The notes: a model not told the origin generated them from the letters alone. A DNA stretch of 64,000 bases from Felis catus (GCF_018350175.1 NC_058368.1:223822001-223886000); one strand, 5' to 3'. Counted from the stretch's first letter, positions 1 through 14,081 are shown. Made by a program: numbers and translations.

Positions 1-1099
1 ACTGGGAGATACTAAATGTATTTTGTTTTGGGCACTAAAATTTTAGCAATTTGTTTTGGAGCTTTAGAAAATTAATACAGATTAGCAATAGGATTCGAAT
101 ACATATACTCTTAGGTGCTAAAGTTAGGTGCAATCCCCTTCTTTAGATTTGAGCCAATGCAGAATTTTTTTAATGCTGCAGTAAAAGAATTTCAGAACAC
201 GTAGCCTCCCGGACGCTATTCAAGGATTAGTTCAATGGCTTTTAATCTCCACTCAAAATATTATTTAAATATATTCATATTTTACCATTCTTTTCAGTTT
301 CCTGCTTATAAGATTTCTCCCCTTTTCCTTTGTTTTATTGTTTTCGGCCCTTTATTGTTGAAGCTTACTTACTCTAAAGCTAAGTGATCCTAGCAATGGA
401 TTCACACAAGCATGTTTTTTATAAAATATGCAAGAGTAAAGATTTTAACCACAATTGCTTAAGAATGGTGTCTCCTTTAACTTTGGCCTCTAGTCTGCAC
501 AGTCCTCTCTTGTAGGTGATTTTGAAGTAGCTGTAGTTATTTTGGGAATTCAGCTATCAGAAGGTGATTTGGGGCACAGTTAGTATTTACCCCAATATAT
601 TTATGTTCAGAGTAGCTTCCGTATAATTTAAAGCTATTGCCAACCTTCCTTAGGTTGGAATGTCTTCCAGAAACACTTTTATGGCCTGGACTTCTGACTC
701 ATATAAAGTTGTGAAACCAAAGATTTGCACAATATATGCTTACACCACTCATTCTCTTCATCTTATCAGAGAAAAAGCTGCTTTCACGATACCTAAACTT
801 GTTGGCTCTTGCTACCTTGCAATTTTTAATATATTTTTATTTAAAATTCATCTAGCTGCCAATTTGGATTTTTTTTTTTAGTGTGATGAGATTATCTGCC
901 CACTATAAAGCTGTTCAGGCTTTGCAATATGGGAACAAAACCACTTTAAACATTCTAATATTTTCAAAATTTAAGAAGTGAGACCCAAACACAAATAAAA
1001 TGCTAAAGTTTATTCCAAAAGTTGATATAACTCAAATGTGTCATTCAACTTCCATTCTAAAAGACATTTTGGAATCTTTTCGTAAAACACAAGTGAAAT

Positions 1100-2170
1100 A
1101 ACAGATGCTTGATTCGGACACTTACGAAAGGTATCTCTTTTGTTGGATTAATATTTGTTTATTGCAGAACTGAGAAAAATTTAGGTTAAAAAACAAGTGG
1201 GATGTGAAGCGATAAGGATAAATATAAACGACAAAATAGAAAATATTTCAATATTAAGAAGTAAATTGTAACAAAACTAGGTAATATTAAGTACATCAAT
1301 TCATTAAAAAGAGATAAATTCCAAAAAATTATTAATAAATAAGGTCTGAGTTTTATGAATCCATTTACATAAAAAAACATATAACAAAATTTTAAATGTA
1401 TTGTTCATTTGGCACATAATACCAGCACCAATGGCAGTAACATAAAACTAAGAAAATGTTATCTCCATAAAGATACTAAAGACAAAGTAGTTAACGAGTG
1501 AATACTTAAAATTAGTCACCAAAGAAGTTTTAAAATACCTTGAATCTTACAGTTCATAAATCAAAAATGTTTATAGAGATTCCCCCAAATTTAACACTTT
1601 AAAAAAATTATGATGTTATAAAAAATTATGAGGCCCAAAGCTACTTTTCTAAATAACCAATAATATTAATAATAAAAATATATATCAAATATACTAAAAA
1701 ACAGGCTGAAATATTTTTCTCATTCCTTTAAAAAATATAAAATGCTTTTATATTAAGGGATGATCATAGTATGTAGCCAATAATATGATAGACAAAACTA
1801 ATATAGAGGCATGTCAGGCAGTTGGTTAATAAAAACATGCTATTTTGGGGGCACCTGGGTGGCTCAGTCACTTGAGTGACTTGACTCTTGGTTTCTGCTC
1901 AGGTCATGATCTCACAGTTCCTCGAACTCCACATTGGGCTCCGTGCTGTTAGCATAGAGCCTGCTTGGGATTCTCTCTCTTTTTTTCTCTCTTTTAATGT
2001 AAATAAATAAACTTTAAAAAAATTGCTATTTTTTCTAGCCTTTGAATTTTGATCCTTTTAAAACTTAATGTGTTGTGATTTCTTTCCTCATATAAAATAT
2101 ATAGTCCCTTTCATAATACTTTTGTAGTTTTTCTTAAAAGGTTCCTCTTATATACCATTGAACTTATATC
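1100..2170 (+). mobile_element. Decayed hAT DNA transposon 3' portion (Tip100/Zaphod-like), interrupted by a SINE
   Basis: Fragments at ~1568-1720 translate to FIEIPPNLT..EAQSYFSK*PII..ILKNRLKY, resembling the hAT C-terminal dimerisation motif (FPNL..EAERxFSKLxIIK..MxEERLNYL). Boundaries approximate. Confidence 0.5.
1847..2022 (+). mobile_element. Can-SINE (SINEC)
   Basis: GGGGCACCTGGGTGGCTCAG head, (CT)n tract, AATAAA/A tail, TSD TGCTATTTT on both sides. Confidence 0.93.
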
Positions 2171-2839
2171 AACCTTGGTGTACAAAGTGAAACAGAATGT
2201 TTTCCTCATAACTACATGTCTTTTCTAAAGTAGGAGGCAGTGGATGTTTTTATGTTTAGTCTTTGAGCAAATACAGTTAGCGGTAAGGACATCCAGTAGG
2301 GGATTCATTCCCTCCTTCCAAGGCAGGTCATTTGTTTTCTGGCAATCACATTACATAAAGGACAGGACAGTTTTTGAACAGAGGGTTCTGAAGAGAACTT
2401 TACAAGTTTTTAATGTCCCATCTGTTGCAATAACGTGAAAGAAAATGGATGACAAGATTTGACAATGATTTACTTGAGCTTAATATTTAACAGTCACTGT
2501 TGGGGTTTCTTTTTATTTTATCTTTCTTTCTTTCTCTTCTCTTTCTTCTCTTCCTTTTCTCTCTCTTTCTAAAGGAGGAGAATAAGTAAATTTCTTGAAC
2601 TCTCTTGAGTCATTTATACTCTTAAACTAGTGTTAACGGATATACTAGAGAATTCTGTGAAACAGCATCAGAAAAGTCAGACCCAATTTCTGCAAAAGCT
2701 ATGGCCACATGAATTCTTGAGGAAATAGAGAAGGCAACAAACAGCTTGTTAATATTTATTGATCATATTGTATTCACTTGTGTCAGCCAGATTTAGATCC
2801 AAAAGGAAATATTTACGATTACTGTTTTTTGGGGCATCT

Positions 2840-3460
2840 TCATTGGTATATAGTTTACACGTGATAAAGTTCATCTGGAGAGGTGATTTCTCTGATCACA
2901 GAGGTGATCAGTTCACTGATTTTAAGTAAATTTGTGGAATGATGCAACCATGATCATAATTTAGCAACACCTCCACATCACACCCCCCACACCCTCACGC
3001 CTTTGCCTTCATCAGTCATAGGGAACAACTAGTCTGCTATCTTCCCTAATAGATTTTGGATATTTCATGTATAGAAAGAATCAGACTATGTCATCTTTTG
3101 TGACTAACCTCTTTCACTTATCATAATGTTTATTCTTACTGTAGCCTGCAGCATCCTTTCTATTGCCAAATAATCATATTCCTATATGTAGATATATTAC
3201 ATTTTATCAGTTAATCAGTTAATGGACATTTGGGCTCTTTCCAATTTTTAACTATTAAGAGCATTTATATACATGTTTTCGTGTTGGATGTAGGTTTTCT
3301 TGTCTATTGAGCATATGCTTAGGATAAGAACTGCTGTATTATATAGCAACTCTATTTTTAAACTACCTGTTTCCCAAAGTAGCTGTATGGGTTTACTTTT
3401 CCACCTGCAATCAATGTGGTTTTCAATCTCTCTACATCCATGTCAACACTTGCTACTGTC
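2840..3460 (-). mobile_element. Old L1 (L1M) 3' fragment, left part
   Basis: Antisense L1 3' motifs (CTTTCACTTATCATAATG, AATGGACATTTGGG..TTCCA, CATCCATGTCAACACTTG). Continues after the MLT2 insertion. Confidence 0.75.
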
Positions 3461-3933
3461 TGTGTTAGTGCTTTCTACATTAACAGAACCAAGAGGATAT
3501 AAAAGGTGTTTTAGTATGAGGAATTTGCTTACACAATTATAGAAGCTGAGACCCCCTACGATCTGCTATCTGTAAGCTGGAGACACAGGGTAACCTGTGG
3601 TATAATTCAGTCTTGAGTTTCAAAATCTGGAAACAAAGGCAGCACATGATGTCAAGCCCAGTCCAAGGGCAGGGGCAGATGAGATGTCTTAGCTCAACAG
3701 TGAGGAAAAAAAGAGGTGAATTCCAACTTCCTCTGCTGTTTAATCCATTCAAGCCTTCAATGGATTGGTTTATGCCCACTTATACTGGGGAGGGCAGTCT
3801 ACTTTACTGAGACTATTGAGTCAAATACTAATCTCACCCAGAAACACTTTTACAGACAAGAAAAAAAAAGTTTAACCAGAAAATCTGGGTATCCCTGATT
3901 CAGTGAGGTAGGCATATAAAAGTAACTATCACA
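3461..3933 (-). mobile_element. MLT2-type ERV-L solo LTR inserted into the L1
   Basis: TGTGTTAGT...ACAGAACCAA...TATGAGGAATTTGCTTAC...AAGCTGGAGAC...CAGAAACAC...ATAAAAGTAACTATCACA matches the MLT2 antisense pattern. TG..CA ends; degenerate 5-bp TSD CTGTC/TTGTT. Confidence 0.85.
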
Positions 3934-4380
3934 TTGTTTCATTTTTATAGCCATTCTGGTGAGTGTGAAGAGGAATATCACTGTGGTTTTGTTTCCCCTG
4001 TGCCCCTGACTCACGTTGGGTACCTTTTCATGTGCTTACTGGTCTTTTGTACATTTTTGGATAAATATCTATTAAAATACTTGACATTTTAAATTAGATT
4101 TAGATTATTTATCTTTTGTTACTGACCACAACACCTTAATATTTTTATTAATAGGCTCTATTTTTTAGAACAGTCGTAGGTCTACAGAAAAACTGAGCAG
4201 ATAGTACAGAGAATTCCCATATATTCCCATTTCCCCTGCAGTTTCCTCTACTATTAATACCTTACGTTAGTATGGTTAATTCTGTTACCATTAATAAAGA
4301 AATATCGATACATTATTATTAACTAAGGCCCATCATTTATTTGGACTTCTTTTTTTTTTATTATTTTTTACCTAATGTCT
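3934..4380 (-). mobile_element. L1 fragments (continuation of the interrupted L1, plus an L1MC-like 3' end)
   Basis: TAGCCATTCTGGTGAGTGTGAAG...TTTTCATGTGCTTACTGG, then TTTAGAACAGT..ACAGAAAAACTGAGCAGATAGTACAGAG, typical of the L1MC 3' UTR antisense. Confidence 0.7.
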
Positions 4381-5304
4381 GCAATTTTTGACATCAAAAT
4401 TAAAGTAACTTTTTAAAACATTTTCTTCTGTGATTCCCCACAACTTCATTACAAAGAAGGCAGCAGAAAGTATTTCTTAAGATTATAATGTAAACAGGAC
4501 TTTTAATGTATTTGGGAATAGATCTGTAGCTAATGAAGTTTGAACTTTGTAGTCATTTTCATGAACTCCTCCCTTCCAATGTCCTGAGTGATCATGATAC
4601 TTTTAACTTACAAAAAGTATATATATAGTTAGTCAGTTAGTTAGTTAGAGTTATAAGACACTGAAACCCCCCAAATTTGGATGAACATCTCAAAATTCTT
4701 TATTATTCCATAATGTTAGACAACACCAAATGTTTTGGCATCAAATTTGCCATTGTGTTTTGAAGATTCCACTTACCTATGTCTTAACTGGCAGTAAAGG
4801 TAAGATATCCCAATTAGAGAAAACCCATTATTTGGGGCTCAAAAGAGTTATAAGAAAATGTGTCATATTTTACCCATTAATCATCCCTAACGAGAAATGC
4901 CATATACTAAGGAGAAAATGGAGGGCAGGACCCTATCAGATGCACTCTGCTTGCTTGGGTCATACCAATTCTGTTTGAATATTATCACTCCTTATGATTA
5001 ATATTAGTCCTCTATAGAATAAAGGCACTTCATATGTAATATTCATCAATACACTTTTTATCAGGTTTTTTGAGCACATTGTTTCTTACATTATTCATGT
5101 CTACTTGAAGACTCTTGTGAGAAATTCCTTCTGAATCTTAGTTGAAGAAACTATAATGCTATAGGGCATATAAATTTATTTTTATCTTATGAATATGGTG
5201 AACTGTATGAATTATATATTTTATGCGATGGTTGCTAGAAAGCCTAGAGCTAAGATATAAGATATTCATCTACTGAGTGTACCTAGATCTATATATCACC
5301 TCTT

Positions 5305-5518
5305 TTTTTAAAAAACTTTTTTTAAGTCTATTTTGAGAAAGAGAAAGAGAGGAAAAATGTGAGTGGGAGAGGGGAAGAGAGAGAGGAAAAGAGAGAATCC
5401 CAAGCAGGCTTTGAACTGTCAGCACAGAGCCCAATGCAGGGCTCAGACTCAGGAGCCATGAGATCATGACCTGAAATCAAGAGTTGGATGCTTACCCAAC
5501 GGAGCTACTGAGGCACCC
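5305..5518 (-). mobile_element. Can-SINE (SINEC)
   Basis: Antisense SINEC body; TSD TATATATCACCTCTT. Confidence 0.93.
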
Positions 5519-6282
5519 TTATATATCACCTCTTAAGCCCCAACTGTGTTAATCCTTGTTTGTTCATTCATCTTCCTCTGCATCTAGATTTATGGTAGGT
5601 AATTTTATTTTATCTTGATATGCTTTTCAAAGTCACCTTAAATATATTTTTGAATATATTGGCATGACTTAACTAAAAGTGTGATATAAAAATATAGATA
5701 ATAATTAAATAATGAATACAAATGAAATTGAGTCATGAAACAAGCCTAGCTTTGTGGGTAACTCTCATTAATTTTCTGGCATAGCTTAGAAGTTGAGAAA
5801 ATTTACCTGAATTCCATTTTGCTGTTGAAAAACAAACAAATAAACAAGCTCCTGATTTTGTTTTAGTTAGAAATCTCATGCTATTTCACATTCTAGAACT
5901 TGTTTTACTTAAATATTACTTCCAATTCACCCATTAATTTCTATGACCTAGATTTTAAAAGTCGTGATTTATTGATTGATTGTTTTACATATGAAGATCT
6001 TTTCACTACAACTCAAGACTCACTTGTCCAGCACTAGGATTAATCTTGAATCAATCCTGAGGAATACTGAAAGGATTATGCTTATAATTTTAGCATGCCT
6101 TGATTTAAATTTATGATTTCAAAAATGTATCAGTATATCCAATGTTATATTAGCACTCTGTATCTGTTTTCTTACCAAAGTTTTGCTTGATTTTCTAATT
6201 CATTCGGCTTATGTGGAAATTGAAGTCATCTCTTTAATCCAATCTTTCCTGGTGTCCTGTCCACCCTTACCAAGCAATTTAC

Positions 6283-6499
6283 TTTATTTTTTTTAATGTT
6301 TTATTTTTGAGACAGAGAGAAAGAGAGACAGAATACAAGCAGGGAAGGGGCAGAGAGAGAGGAGACACAGAATCCAAAGCAGGCTCTAGGCTCTGAGCTG
6401 TCAGCAGAGAGCCCGACACAGGGCTTGAACTCGTGTGCTGTGAGATCATGACCTGAGCCAAAGTTGGATGCTTAACCAACTGAGCCACCCAAGCACCCC
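6283..6499 (-). mobile_element. Can-SINE (feliform SINEC_Fc type)
   Basis: Antisense GACACAGAATCCAAAGCAGGCTC...TGAGATCATGACCTGAGCC...GCCACCCAAGCACCCC. Confidence 0.95.
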
Positions 6500-9382
6500 A
6501 TCAGGCTATTCACTCTAAATTAGATTGTTTCCCATACTCCCCACCAGACATTAGATGGTTTGTTCGAAGTATAATCCCAAGAGTTTCCCTATTTAGAATA
6601 CTTTGTCCTATCCAGAAATGAGTTGTTGTCTTATATTCATTGAGCCCTTAAAGATTTGCCCCCAAAGTAGATTAGTGTTGTTAGCCCCAGCCCTGGCCTA
6701 TTCTCAATTGCCTTCCCATTGAGCCATGCCACTGAGGTTAGCACAAACCCAAAGAATTAAGACACTGTCACCAACTTGTTTTTTTTCTCTATGGGGAGAA
6801 TGAGCAAATATGGAATGCATTCTAATCATATATATTACTGCTTTCAAACAAGAGACAGTGTTTTCATGTAAGATAGGCAAATAATATTCACAAGTTTAGG
6901 GAAGCCTGATATTTCATCTCAAAACTGTAGTTAAGGGGCCATGGAATTTATCAAGTTACAGGACACACCCTGATCATCATTTGTCATTGTTTTTGTTTTT
7001 GTTTCTTTTCCACTTTTGAGGACAAAAGAATCAGTCTCTTTCTTCAAAAAATAAAACTGCAATGGTAATGATCTAGCCCAACTTCTTCTTAGCTTCTCTA
7101 TAAAATATGCACATTTGTTCATGGCACTCCCACTTCTGTAGAATCTCTGTATCTATTACACAGGAAATTTGGAAATGCTCTCACCACCAAATGGTTGCAC
7201 AATTTAGTCACTTTTAAAATTCTGAGCCAAACTTAATGATTTTTCAGAGAGAAAATAGCATCGCCAGAGGCTTACTTAGTACTGTCAGGCCAGAGTTGTG
7301 TGTTTTTATACTAATGACTAAAAATCAGGGACCCTGTATTTTCAAGACTGAGCAATGAGTACTAGGAATAAAAACACTCTTACCCATGAAGGCAGGTGTG
7401 TGACAAGTAATGGATGACAATATTTCAAGACGGAGCAAATACCATGGAGAGGAGATTGATAAATACAAAACCTGTAACAGGCAGATCCTTTATATAGTTT
7501 ATGTATTGAACATTCCATGGTATTTTTGTAGTATGGATTGTTACAATCATCGTGTTAGTCTGCTGCTATTATGGAAAACTTTTATAATTAATGATCAGAA
7601 ACTATCCTAATAAATATAGGAGTAGAGAAGGATATTTAATTCAAAGTTGTTAAATACATTATAGCACAGTAAACACTGGAATGGCCACAGACCTGAAAAC
7701 GATGTTGTGTCATGACAATAATTTGTTCTGGGTGTTCCATCATAAACATGGTCCTTTATAAGGAGTGAACTTTGTGATAGCTATGCTTTGCACAGTATAC
7801 TCTTAGTAACAAAATTAATGCTTACTTTGATATATTAATTCTTAAAATATTTGAGGACCCAGGAGTGTGCAAAACAAATTGGAAGACTGAAATAAATAAT
7901 ATGTTAGTCAAGCTAGACCAGGTAATATTTCAAAAGCAAGTATCAGTGGCTTAATTCAGCAGAGGTGTAGTTTTTACTTTTGGCAAGCATAGTCTGAGTT
8001 TGGTAACTTACGGTAACTTTTCTCCCATAATTCAGATGCTTCTGTCATATTGCCCCTCCTCGAAATACAGACTCTTGGACACCACAGGAGCCTAAGAGAG
8101 AACTTAGCTCACACTTTTTCTTAAGTGAATCATCCTAAAAATGACACAGGTTACTTTTGCTTACAGCCCATTGGTAAGTACTGGGCATGTGCCTCACTAA
8201 CTACTAGGGGCCAAGAAATGTGGGTCGCACAGGTGCACAGAAAACCGAGGGCTAGAAATATAGGTGATACTACTAAACAGAAATCTGAGATGGTTTTCTA
8301 AGTGAGGTCCGGTTGGTAATGTGATATCAATTCTATATTGTTATTCTGGCTATCATGATTTTACATTTTATTTTGTATTATAATACATTCTCCAGGAAAT
8401 TCTTCCAAGGACTCAAGTATTCCCTGATTGAGATATATATTAAATTCTAAGCCACACAGTTTAGAGAAATTAAGTTATTTATGTAAGAAATCATAAGATT
8501 ACATACAGTAATACTAAATACTATCTAGATGTCAAGGCATCTTCTCTTTAATTCTAAAAAACCCATATTTTTACACAGTATTTCCCACCCATATATTACA
8601 CAGAGATGGGACAGAATTAGGTATATAATAAAGAGGCAGTGATGAACCAGATTTAAAACCAGTCCGAGGCAACTGTTATTTCTCTCTGTAGTACAGTTTC
8701 CTCTCCTCACCTCTACCACAAAAACAAAGCCTGCTAAAAATCAGCAATTCTGAAATTCTCAGTTTCAAGAATTAACTATGGACTGCATTGAGAAATCTAC
8801 ATTCCATTCCTAGCTAAATTTCTGCTTTCCTGATCAGCATCACGGGTCAGTCGTTCTTTCTGATCAGAAACTATCCTAATAGTTCTCTCTGAACCTAAAA
8901 TAGAAAGAGATTTAACATTTTTAATATCATCAAAAACATATAACTTTCATTCTTCTTAAACTCAATACTTTCATAGTTTTCATTTAAAGAATCTGCAAGG
9001 TTACATTGCATAAGTTTCTTCAGGGGGGAAAATAATCTATTATATACAGTTCTATAGTTTGTATTGCTCTTATCTTTTTCATGACTATAATATTAGAGTT
9101 AAATTTATGTAATTAATCCAAGCACATAGGTTTTCTTTTTCTACTTAATTATGCCATGAAACATTTTAGGTTTAAGAGTATTGTTATGATTTAAAAACTG
9201 ATTAAGAACTTTACTTTTCAAAAATCATTAAATATTGATTTAGAAATATCTCTACATCTAAGGAAATTTTGCTTTTCAAATTGATACATAATCAAATTTT
9301 GCTATAAAAAGCATACAATGACACATTGAGTCATGCCCTAGCTTCCATTTGGAAGGTAACCTTGGAGGGAAAAATTGGAGGT

Positions 9383-10244
9383 TGATGTTGGCAGAAGCAT
9401 CTTAGACTTTAATTGGGAAAAGACATTTGAATTGGCTTTTAGTTGGGGGCATTGGCAAGAGGGGTACCCAGGGCAATAGACTCCCCACAAGTGGAGGCTG
9501 ATGGCTGAGGCTGAGCCCCAGGTGGACCTCCTTTTCCCAACACACCCCTGCATACCTCCTTCCCCCCAAAGCTCTATGGCACGCCCAGGAACAGGGAGGA
9601 TGGGAGGGACCACAGTGACTATTCACCTGGACAGAATATCAGATGACTCAGATACCAGCTTCCCATCGTGGGTCTCTATCTTCTTCACAGCCACAGCCTG
9701 GAAGGATCTGTCACAGCTGAAGGAACTGGAGACCCTGCCAGGGCAGGACTGGAAGGAGCTCAGTCTATAGGTGAGTCCAGGGCTCATGAGGCCCCGGTAG
9801 GCTGAGCCCAGCCCACCTCGGTAGCCACTAGTCTGGTCATAGTATGAACCCTCATGTTCTTCCAGACTCCAGCAGGGTCTCCTCGCCGGCCAGCAGCTTG
9901 CCACAGGTGACGATCTTGATGTCCAGGGCTAGCTTGATGTTCATGAACCCCTGGCACTGGCACGGCTGCCCGGCCAGGTCCTGCTTGGCTCAAGGCAGGG
10001 CGGACTCCAATTTGGCCAGCTTGGCATTGGCATCCTTGAACCTATGGTGCTCCGCAATGGTGATGACTGCCTCCGGGGAAGCCCTCTCGTCCTTGAGGCC
10101 CTCCAAGTTAGCCTGGAGTTGATGGATATTTTCGTTCATCTCGGAAATCTCTGTCCTCGTGCAGTGAAGGTCGTGTCCGTTTGTCCCAGCCACTATCTGC
10201 AGCTCCCCACTCTTGACCTGGGGCATGGTCTCAGCCTCAGCTGC
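9383..10244 (-). pseudogene. KRT8: Processed (intronless), 5'-truncated keratin 8 pseudogene
   Basis: Minus strand reads [61 protein letters not shown] and AVAVKKIETHDGKLVSESSDIL*, i.e. KRT8 coil 2 and tail. Contiguous with no introns; contains stops and frameshifts. A KRT8-like 3' UTR follows, with ATTAAA at ~9408-9413. Confidence 0.93.
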
Positions 10245-10409
10245 AATTGTTTTTATGATATTTCAGTATGTTGGGTTATTTCAATACAAATATTTTAAGA
10301 ATCAGAATATTTATCACAAATATCAATGAGCAAATATTAAAGAAAAAGAAAAAAAAAACTTCTCCAAAGCTGAAAAAAAAAGTTCATCCCCACCTTGCAC
10401 CAGTTCTAA

Positions 10410-10900
10410 CTGTAGATTGGTGTTATTAAACCAGTTATGATGGATATTTAATAGGCCTGCGCCAAAATGTACTGCATTTAGAATATATTGTTGGATTTGG
10501 TTGCCAGGAGTTTTAGAGTTTATTTTCATATTTGTTCATGAGTGTTATTATACTGTAATTATCTTATTTCAAACTGTCTTTTTAGTTTCTGGTGTAAACG
10601 CTTTTGCTAGCTTTATAAAGTGACAGCAGCATGATTTCTCTTTTTCAGCTATCCAGAAGGACTTGTAAAATATTGGAATTACTTGTACCTTAAATGATTG
10701 ATAAAACTCAGTGATGAGGTCATCTAAGCTGTATGTGTGTGTTTCATTACTACTACAATTTCTTTAATTGTCATAGGCTTATCATATTCAGGTGTTTTAT
10801 TTCTTTTTTTTAATGTGTTTCTGAAGGTGTTTTTTAAGTAGATATGTGTCTGTTATATCTACATGTTCAAATGCTGGCATAATTTGTTTCTATTCTTCTT
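10410..10900 (-). mobile_element. Old L1 ORF2 fragment
   Basis: Antisense L1 ORF2-like sequence (TGTTGGATTTGGTTGCC...TTGTTCATGAGTG...GCTAGCTTTATAAAGTGA). ORF 10323..10529 resembles the L1 RT-region stretch KILANxIQQxI. Confidence 0.7.
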
Positions 10901-13900
10901 TTTTTATTTCTGACTTACTTGTTCTTCTTCTCTGTTTCTGTCTCTCTCTTTGTCTCTCTGTCTCTTATCTCATAAAAAGTACTATTATCTTATAAATTCA
11001 CCTGAATTTCCTATGTTGAAAAGATACATAAGGATGATATTAGCCAACATGTTTTCATTTTGTAGAAAGTTGTGAGAAAATGGGATAAAGAATAAAATAA
11101 AATTTGAGAATAAAGGGTAGATGAAAAATTCATATAAATTGTTAATCCTATAAATAGACAAATAGATGATAAATCAGATAGATAAATAGATAAATAAAAT
11201 TTTAAGTGTAACAAACTTGACGTTAGAGTAATGTAGTTATAAGCTACTTTAAATCAGAATTTTTTGACAATTAGCTTTACTTACTAAGATGATTACGTAC
11301 ATTTATGTGGAACTCACTCCTGTATCATAAAAACTTTAGCAAAGATAAATACATTTTTAAATAAATCCTATTATTAACCTTTGAAGTTTGTCTTTCCATA
11401 TATTAAGTTGGAGATACTTTCATTTAGGTAAAAATAGATATTTCCACCAGCTTCTCAGTAGGAATAGACCTAGGGCTAGAATAAGGACTCCGTGTTACCT
11501 GATGATCAGGAATGTGCTAGAATTCCACTGGGTCATGAAGATCATTTTAACTCTTCTGGGGAGTGGCTTCGTTTTCTTTTAACTTCTTTGTTTCTATGAC
11601 TAGCATAAATCAGGAGGGGTAAAGAGGGTGAAAAACATGACTTTCTCTTTAGCATCAGTTAATCATTGAAAATCATTTTGTTCCATTTTCTTAAGGCAAT
11701 GAGAAGCGTGAAACAAATGTAATGTTTTCCACCAAGCTACATTTATTGAGTAGTTGAAATGATTGACAGCTCAAAAAAAAACTCCTTTCAAAAATAGTAA
11801 TTAACAGCAGCAACCCTTCCAAACAGACTATCTTCTGTCAACAAGCATCACAAAAAGGCATCCCAAACTTGAAATGATGGTGGCAGGTAAGCAAGATATG
11901 TAAGCCAGAGCAAGCAAGGCACTTTAGCTCTCAAATTTTAGTGAGGGAGAAAACACATTTTGAGATTTCCTTGAGAAATAGCAAAGCCTTAAAAGAAAAT
12001 GTTATTAAAAGAAAATTTAGAGATGATTCTCAATATATATGAGATGGCTTTGCTCAAAATACTGTATTCTATCTTATCGAATTATTTCAAAAGAAATAAT
12101 GAAAAAAGTTTCCTTTTGTCTGAAGACTTTGTCCCCCTGTTATTGGCTTTCCTTATTCTTACCCTTCTTTTTCTTTGGGATTGGCCAAGATGTCTGTTGC
12201 CTGGAAGGGTCTATTTTACTAAGGTTTTCATCATTTTTTTTTTCAATATACTGCCGTATGGATAAAACTGTCTTATTTCCATGTGGCCCTTACGATCATT
12301 AGAATTTAGGAAACAATTTTTTTTTGTGTGTGTTAAAAAAAGTGCTTTCTCTTTCTATTAGGACAACTTGTTACTGAGCTGAATGCTTACCCTTTGAAAA
12401 TACAAGTTAAACTGGTCTTTATTTACAAGGCTGTTTAAATGATGCATGGTATTACATATTGGAGTTTGTGGTGAGAATTAATTGCATGCTTCTAAATATG
12501 TGATTGCTTTATCATTTTCACTCCTGTAAAAATGAGATGTTGATTTTTACCAAATTTCCCTTGATATTAAATCTTTAGCATAAATGAATATAATTGCTTC
12601 TCATCTAATAGAGCTAACTCTATAATACCCAAGATACCCTTTGGTGTTAAAATAATGCGATCTAGTGAACTTGGCCTAACACCTCTTTTCTTCAGTAAAC
12701 TATGACAAATTTAAGTTTTGGTGTAAGTAGGCTGTTTCAATTTCTTTCTCTTCTTTGAGTATTTTGCTGTAGTTGCTGAATAGTTTCTTAGCAAGGGAAG
12801 AAAAAGGATTAACTTGACTAAAACCCAGTTAAAATGCAAATGAAATGAATTTCTGGGCAATAAAGCATGCATTAAGCTGGAACTCTAATGAACATAATAG
12901 TAAAAAGTCCCCGGAATATTTTATGCACCTCTATCTATTTCATCTTTATGCTCATCTAGATGTAAGTCTTCCGATAATTTTAGAGGTTTTGCATTTCTGC
13001 TTGCCACAAACATGATTAACAGCTTTATTGCTCCCTTTTCTCCAGAGAGGGCTTCAAACCTACTTAATTTCACTCTCTTGAAACCAAATCACGAAGCCCA
13101 AAAAGATTTTTATCTGATTTCTAAGATTTATGCTTATTTCATAGGGATTACTGAAGTTCAATATTCATGGCCGCATGTAATATAAAATGGCTAAGTACAG
13201 TTAGGAGGCTTTGGTATTTGTTTTGCAATGAAATATTTAAAACAAAACAGATTCAATGTTTGTGTTATGGCGGTGTGTTAATTATTAGGTTAGAGATAAG
13301 AGGGAATGGTTTCTTCACAGAAATAGAGATACAAGTTTCTCTTATCAGCCTGAAGATAGAGGATAGCCTATCCAGGAGGACTGGAGAGGAGAGTCATTTT
13401 GGTGATGGATTTTGCTGAGTCAGGTATCCCTTTTGTTGAGCTAAGCCAGTGTTTAAGCCAATGTAACTGGGTCATTTCTTTTACCTTGTTAGACCTATTC
13501 ACATTTTGCTCAACAGCATTTTAAAAATTCAGAGGGTTTTAATATATTATCCTGTAAAATAATTGTATAATCTATTATTATAATAGATCATAAAAGAGTA
13601 TGGTCATTATAGAGTAAGTACTATTCCAGAATCATAAAATGTTAATAAGTGTTCAAGGTCAAGAAAATATAGGGTAGGTTGAGAGTTAAGTCTATAGAAG
13701 CTGGTACATTATGAGTTGAAATAGCTGCAAAAGATTCATGAAGTCTATTCTATGCCAAGAACAGTATCCCTGAAACTAATTTAAATGATTAGTTTTACTT
13801 TTTTCATGTTCATCCGTTAGAAAGCATATGGTATTGCCTCAATGATTATAGCAATAAAAAAGGACCATTTGCTAGTCATGGCAATGTTGTGACTATGAGA

Positions 13901-14029
13901 TGTAAAGTCAAATATAACAAAAGAAAAGCAGTCTTAAAAACTAAAACCCATGGAAATGTATTATTTAGTGCACAATATGCTTTTGATATTGGAAGAAGAT
14001 ATTTTGGCCTCAACTATATGTTTGTATAT

Positions 14030-14044
14030 ATATACATACACTCA

Positions 14045-14081
<37 letters not shown>

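Noticed and set aside
9623..10226. Keratin-like ORFs as a functional KRT8 gene
   Set aside because: Intronless, 5'-truncated, with stops and frameshifts, so a pseudogene.
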